The position numbers and the translations under genes were made by a program. The notes beneath the pieces were generated by a model, which saw nothing but the letters and a program-made list of their open reading frames with translations, was not told the origin of the DNA and did not search any database. From IMG/VR virus record IMGVR_UViG_3300010885_044417: a stretch of 20,000 nucleotides of DNA. One strand, written 5' to 3'. The stretch is from an uncultured virus (IMG/VR IMGVR_UViG_3300010885_044417). Taxonomy: Duplodnaviria; Heunggongvirae; Uroviricota; Caudoviricetes. This document shows, in pieces, positions 15,869 to 20,000 of this stretch; the first letter of the stretch is position 1, and the number at the start of each line of letters is the position of its first letter.

Positions 15869-16723
15869 TTACTCAGCCAGGCTCTTACGAAGAGCCTGGA
15901 TTCCGCGAGTGCCGCCGGCAAAGAGAGCCTCAGCGCCAGCCCAGAGACGGCGGTTGACGTCAACGTCCAGGTGGAAGGAAGTGACGCCGCGGCTCTTGCG
16001 GCCTGCGCGTGTTGCCACTCCGCCGCGAACCACGTTTTCCTGCACGCGGTTGAACACGGTCCAGAGGTCGTCGGCTTCGTCAGCCTTGCGGCGGACAGTC
16101 AGCAGCTCCTTGGCTTCGACAGGCACGGACTTGTAGCCGCGGTAGCGAACCTCGATCGCGTAGTTGGCCAACGTCGCGGCCTCGATCTTGGTGACCATGC
16201 GGGTCTTGAACGCCTCGACCTGCTGCGCCGCGCTGTCGAGCATCTTGCTCATGTCGCCGGCCAGCTTCTTGATCCCTTCGGCGTCGAGGTGGAGGTGCAA
16301 GGCCTTGAACCCGGCGTGAGGGCCAGAAGAAACCACCATGCCGTTGCTGCAGACAAGGCGGTAAAACCCAGCCATGAGGTTGAGGCGGCAAGTGCGGTCG
16401 TGGCTGTTCTCGAGGATGATCCTCGGCGACTCGCCGCGAAGGCCTTTGGACAAGTTGGACAAGTCGTCCTCGTGGAACAGCTCGATGCGATGGCGCCCGT
16501 AGAGGCCGCCGCTCTGGCGGGTTCTTGCCGAGGTAGGCACAAAGCCGTTGTCGCGAAGCACTGGCAGGATCTCAGCAGTGCTGAAAAAGCTGTAGCGCTT
16601 GGAGACGTCTGGCGCGGCGTGCTTGGCAAAGATCGCCGGCACGGCCTTGCGCAACTGGGTTTCGTTAAGTTCCACCAGAGCCTTGGCGGCCTGGTCTATT
16701 ATGGTGTTAGTAGGTGTGCTCAT
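15869..16723 (-). CDS. DUF932 (UPF0380/YafZ-like) family protein
   Basis: PAIFA...VSKRYSFFST.EIL..LRDNGF.P, PRIILENSHD.TC..NLMAGFYRLVCSNG, and RR.ADE.DDLWTVFNRVQEN...DV.VNR.LW match this family. Confidence 0.88.
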   Translation of the reverse strand: MSTPTNTIIDQAAKALVELNETQLRKAVPAIFAKHAAPDVSKRYSFFSTAEILPVLRDNGFVPTSARTRQSGGLYGRHRIELFHEDDLSNLSKGLRGESPRIILENSHDRTCRLNLMAGFYRLVCSNGMVVSSGPHAGFKALHLHLDAEGIKKLAGDMSKMLDSAAQQVEAFKTRMVTKIEAATLANYAIEVRYRGYKSVPVEAKELLTVRRKADEADDLWTVFNRVQENVVRGGVATRAGRKSRGVTSFHLDVDVNRRLWAGAEALFAGGTRGIQALRKSLAE

Positions 16724-16735
16724 AACATTTCTGAC

Positions 16736-16780
16736 AGTATACCTGGCAGGCAGCTATGTACACAGCTATTTTTAGGGCTT
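16736..16780 (-). promoter_or_regulatory. Sigma70-like early promoter B
   Basis: Minus strand -10 TATACT (16741-16736), degenerate -35 (TGTGTA/GTGTAC, 17/16 nt spacer). The spacer TAGCTGCCTGCCAGG resembles promoter A. The ATG is 12 nt downstream of the -10 box. Confidence 0.65.
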
Positions 16781-16792
16781 CAAAAAATACTT

Positions 16793-18904
16793 TTAGGGCT
16801 CAGACGGGGCCTGGATTGTGTAAATCTTCTTGCCGTTGTGGCGCACCGAGGTGACATTGCGGCCCTGCGCTTCCAGTTTGCCAAGCTGTACGCCAAACCA
16901 CTTTGCGCTGTTGCGACCCACGATTCCACGCAAAACGTCGTCAAGAAAGATGTCTTGCATCAACGCTGTCGCAGTGCCTTGCCAAGGAACCGGCTCCCGA
17001 TTCTTTATCCTCTCTCGCATGAAGCTGGTCAAAATCTCATCGAGGACGGCAGCGTCAGTGCTTTCGCCAGCAGCCGAGCGCAATTCAGGATGGTGGTAAC
17101 TCTTGATGCCATAGCGAGCTTGGCCGCTCAAGCATTCTTGAGGGATGTCAAACTCGACAAGCCACGCGGCCAGATAAGGAAGCTCCTTCAAAATCACGGC
17201 ATTCAGCTCATGGCGGTCAGGGAACTTCTTGTCGTAGGTCGCAGCCTTGAAGAGGTGGATCTTGTCCAAGATCGAGGTGTCCAAGTCAGGCAGGATCCTC
17301 AAGCTTTCGGCATCGAGGTTGCCCGTGATGACCACGCGGCCAGTCCATTCGACCATAGTCCCGTCGGAGTACATAGCTCGATATTCGAAAGTCGTGTTGG
17401 CCGTAACCTTCTTAAGAAGGCTCGAAAACTTTTTATGGTCAGAAGCATTATCTCCAGGCGTGGCATCATCAATTGCCCAAAGTCCATGGTGGAACAGTTC
17501 CTTATTAAACTCTGAACCGCCCAGCAAAAACTTTGCCGCGTCTTGATGCCCGCCCATAAGTCCCGAAATAATCTTATTCGAGAGTAGCGTCTTGCCTTGG
17601 CCGGCTTCTCCGGCAATAAACACGGCCTGGCCTTGGAGAGGCTTACCCTCCAGAGCCGAAACATAGAACCTTTTAAGCCAGCTCAAGAAATACAAAAGTT
17701 GCTCGTCGGTGTCAAAGAACTTTTCTAGGAACGTGCTAGTCCACGGGAAGCGGTCGCCCCAGTCGTCGACGCCAGGAGCCGGCGAAAGCGGCTTGACCCT
17801 AGCCGTGTTGAGGACTCGCTTGCCTTGGAACTCGATCATGCCCGGCGGCAAATAGACAAACGGCGCCGCGCCCACCACGCGCCGGTGTTGGTCAACCATA
17901 AAAAGCGCATGCTCCACCTCGCTAAAAGTCGCGTTCTTTTCCTTGTCACCTGAAAGACCCTGCTCCACCTTCAGCCATCGAGCAAACTCCCTCTCGGCCC
18001 GCGGCTCCCATTTCTCGTCAGCAGACTGGTACCAGTAAGCTCGGCCATCATACCAGATTCCATCGATTACGTCACCTAGGCGTTGGGTCGTGTACTGCTC
18101 GACAAACCGGCTGCCGAAGATCTTTGACCAGGGCACGAAACCCGCCGAGCCCGTAAAGCACTGCATGCCCGTGGGCCTGACGATTGCCGCCGATGGGTTA
18201 TCAGCCATTGGATCCCAGAACCGGACTCCTCTAGATCCTTCGACAAAAGGCCCTGTCCAGCGGCCAGGAAAAGCCTCGTGCATTTTTGCCTCGATGACAT
18301 CGAGAGGAATCTCCTCGCCCTGCCATTTTGCGCCTTCGCTTGACTTCAAGATCCAGCCTTCGACTAGGGAAGCCGGAAGCACTTTTGAGCCCGAGACTTC
18401 CATCCAGTCCCGGCCCACGTCATAGTAGATCGTCGGGTTGAGGAACGCGTCTTGGAAGTCGAAGCCCGGCAAGAGGCCCTTGAGGTCGAGAGCCTTTGCG
18501 GCCATCTTCAGGGTCTTCATCAAGATCGTCGGCGCCGCGATCAGGACAGGCCTCTCCAGAAGCCAGACAAGCCGAGCGCCGCCAGAAGGAGTGACGTGCA
18601 CCCAGTTTGGGGCGTGGTCTTCCGCTCGCTCGAGCATGGTCTCAAGGTCCCCGTCTTTAATGCCTGCGTCGTAGTCTGCCACGAGCGCGTGCATTGAGTG
18701 GATTGGGTTTGAGTCCTTGTGGATTCTGAGGTTGGGCACGACGCCCATGAATCCGCAGTAGAGCAGGTGGTCTGTGGAATCCTGGGCAAGCCACTCCTTA
18801 TAGAGTCGCTTCGTCTTGAATTGTGGAACTTTGGGCTGGAAATCCCATGGTATTACCATGTCGGCTTCCTGCCCCGCGAGGTTGGTGATGCAGGGAAATT
18901 TCAT
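16793..18904 (-). CDS. Primase-polymerase (AEP-like) fused to SF3-type helicase (DUF5906/NrS-1-like C-terminus)
   Basis: N-terminal LVADYD and HVTPSGGARLVW. C-terminal Walker A GEAGQGKT (17588-17611), Walker B WAIDD and motif C VITGN. Confidence 0.85.
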   Translation of the reverse strand: MKFPCITNLAGQEADMVIPWDFQPKVPQFKTKRLYKEWLAQDSTDHLLYCGFMGVVPNLRIHKDSNPIHSMHALVADYDAGIKDGDLETMLERAEDHAPNWVHVTPSGGARLVWLLERPVLIAAPTILMKTLKMAAKALDLKGLLPGFDFQDAFLNPTIYYDVGRDWMEVSGSKVLPASLVEGWILKSSEGAKWQGEEIPLDVIEAKMHEAFPGRWTGPFVEGSRGVRFWDPMADNPSAAIVRPTGMQCFTGSAGFVPWSKIFGSRFVEQYTTQRLGDVIDGIWYDGRAYWYQSADEKWEPRAEREFARWLKVEQGLSGDKEKNATFSEVEHALFMVDQHRRVVGAAPFVYLPPGMIEFQGKRVLNTARVKPLSPAPGVDDWGDRFPWTSTFLEKFFDTDEQLLYFLSWLKRFYVSALEGKPLQGQAVFIAGEAGQGKTLLSNKIISGLMGGHQDAAKFLLGGSEFNKELFHHGLWAIDDATPGDNASDHKKFSSLLKKVTANTTFEYRAMYSDGTMVEWTGRVVITGNLDAESLRILPDLDTSILDKIHLFKAATYDKKFPDRHELNAVILKELPYLAAWLVEFDIPQECLSGQARYGIKSYHHPELRSAAGESTDAAVLDEILTSFMRERIKNREPVPWQGTATALMQDIFLDDVLRGIVGRNSAKWFGVQLGKLEAQGRNVTSVRHNGKKIYTIQAPSEP

Positions 18905-18987
18905 TCAGCTTGGGCCTTAGCTTAGGGCTTGGGGGTGGAAATAGTAGCCACCGCTTGCCTGAGTTAAAATCATCGGCTTCTCCAAGG

Positions 18988-19824
18988 TTAAGCTAACAGC
19001 TTCGAGCTGAATTCTTGAAAGAACCCTTGAAGCCCAGACTTGTCATTTAAGTCAGGCTCGCCAAGAACCATTGCCAGCTGACCGCGGACATCTCCGATTG
19101 CCTCAAGGCTGTGGCCTGCCTCCAGCTCAAACGGGAGCTGCTGGTTCCAGTTTGAGATGGGCCAATCCTGGCACTTGGCAATGTCGCGCTCATAGACGTG
19201 GTGCGACCCGGCATTAAGAGTCAAAGTGCCAAGCTCAACCTCACGGCCATGCTGCCGAAGCATCTGCAACACGGACCATGACAGCATCGTGAAGTTGAAG
19301 ACGTCGTAAGGGAAGCCCAGCCAGACGTCATTCGACCTCATCGTGTCAATGCAGTGCAGTTTGCCATCTCTGACCAGCCACTGGACTGAAAGCGTGCAAG
19401 GAACGTCTTTAGTCTCAGGCGGGTTCTCCCTCCAGATGTTGCACACGGCTTGCCGAGTGTCTGGGTCGACTAAAAGCCTGCGAGTAGCTTCTCCGATTTG
19501 GCTGCCGATCTTCGGTCCGTAGGCTCCAAAGAAATCTTTGCCGTTGTCGCTAAAGTTGGCAATATTCTTGCAATACTTGCTGATTGAGGCGACGTCATTC
19601 TTGCCAGAGATAATCCACCAGGCTTCAGCGGCCATGAACTTGTAGCTCAGCTTGCGTGCGGCATTGAGGACGATCGGATAGCGCATGTCGACATGGACTT
19701 GGCTTCCGGTGATTTCTCGGACTGACATGCCTCTCGGCGAGGATTTTTGGCCGTTGTGGATAACGCCTGCAAGGAGCATTCCCCAAGCTTCTGTTGCGGT
19801 GTGGGCGACTGGATTAGTGTGCAT
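18988..19824 (-). CDS. Thymidylate synthase superfamily enzyme, probably a dCMP hydroxymethylase/methylase type
   Basis: FGAYGP, DPDTRQA, catalytic PCT, MRSNDVWLGFPYDVF and GSHHVYE. Asp occupies the position of E. coli ThyA Asn177. Confidence 0.88.
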   Translation of the reverse strand: MHTNPVAHTATEAWGMLLAGVIHNGQKSSPRGMSVREITGSQVHVDMRYPIVLNAARKLSYKFMAAEAWWIISGKNDVASISKYCKNIANFSDNGKDFFGAYGPKIGSQIGEATRRLLVDPDTRQAVCNIWRENPPETKDVPCTLSVQWLVRDGKLHCIDTMRSNDVWLGFPYDVFNFTMLSWSVLQMLRQHGREVELGTLTLNAGSHHVYERDIAKCQDWPISNWNQQLPFELEAGHSLEAIGDVRGQLAMVLGEPDLNDKSGLQGFFQEFSSKLLA

Positions 19825-19841
19825 GGGATGCGGGTTTGGGG

Positions 19842-20000
19842 TTAAGGTTGGACTTCAGGAAGAGGAATGCCTGGATTGGAGATTTCAGGCGTGAACATGC
19901 GCAAGCCGATGTGCGGCATAGCTGCTTGGAGAAGCTGGCCCTCGATCAGCATAGGAGAGTTTTCCAGCGCCTTTAGCTTGCGGCGAGAATACGCTAGGCC
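19842..20000 (-). CDS. 3' end of an unknown upstream gene (partial)
   Basis: Open frame from the window edge: GLAYSRRKLKALENSPMLIEGQLLQAAMPHIGLRMFTPEISNPGIPLPEVQP*, with TAA at 19844-19842, 17 nt before the TS-like ATG. Confidence 0.55.
   Translation of the reverse strand, partial: GLAYSRRKLKALENSPMLIEGQLLQAAMPHIGLRMFTPEISNPGIPLPEVQP

Larger units (their letters stand above)
1..20000. mobile_element. Tailed dsDNA bacteriophage (or prophage) genome segment: virion module (+) convergent with early/replication module (-)
   Basis: Tail fibre, ejection-like proteins, giant virion-like protein, primase-helicase and TS homologue. Genes are densely packed, with overlapping stop/start codons (GTGA at 1947-1950, TAATG at 3977-3981). 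No housekeeping genes are present. Confidence 0.95.

Noticed and set aside
15848..17515. 555 aa + strand ORF
   Set aside because: Antisense shadow of the DUF932-like and primase genes. It has a TTG start and no recognisable motifs, and biased codons on the real strand explain the lack of stops.
18988..19824. Assigning gene symbol thyA
   Set aside because: The specificity residue is Asp rather than Asn and the catalytic motif is PCT, so canonical dTMP synthesis is doubtful.

Overview
The window is a 20 kb segment of a tailed dsDNA phage (or prophage) genome with two convergent gene blocks. The + strand block (76-14717) is a virion module: a glycine-rich tail fibre and its partner gene, a GNAT-like protein, two tandem paralogous ejection/pilot-like proteins, a PP-loop PAPS-reductase-family gene, two more ejection-like proteins and a 2447 aa polyvalent protein. 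That giant protein has a zincin-like HExxxH...EExxAE motif, then a tail cut into modules by four copies of the motif FMP. Three consecutive modules each look like an ADP-ribosyltransferase (two R-S-QxE type, one His-type). The - strand block (14833-20000) holds early and replication genes: a DUF2786-like protein, a 59 aa ORF missing from the ORF track, a DUF932-like protein, a primase-SF3 helicase and a thymidylate synthase homologue with the dCMP-specific Asp, which suggests modified cytosine. Two related sigma70-like promoters precede the early genes. All family calls come from motif recognition by eye; no searches were run.
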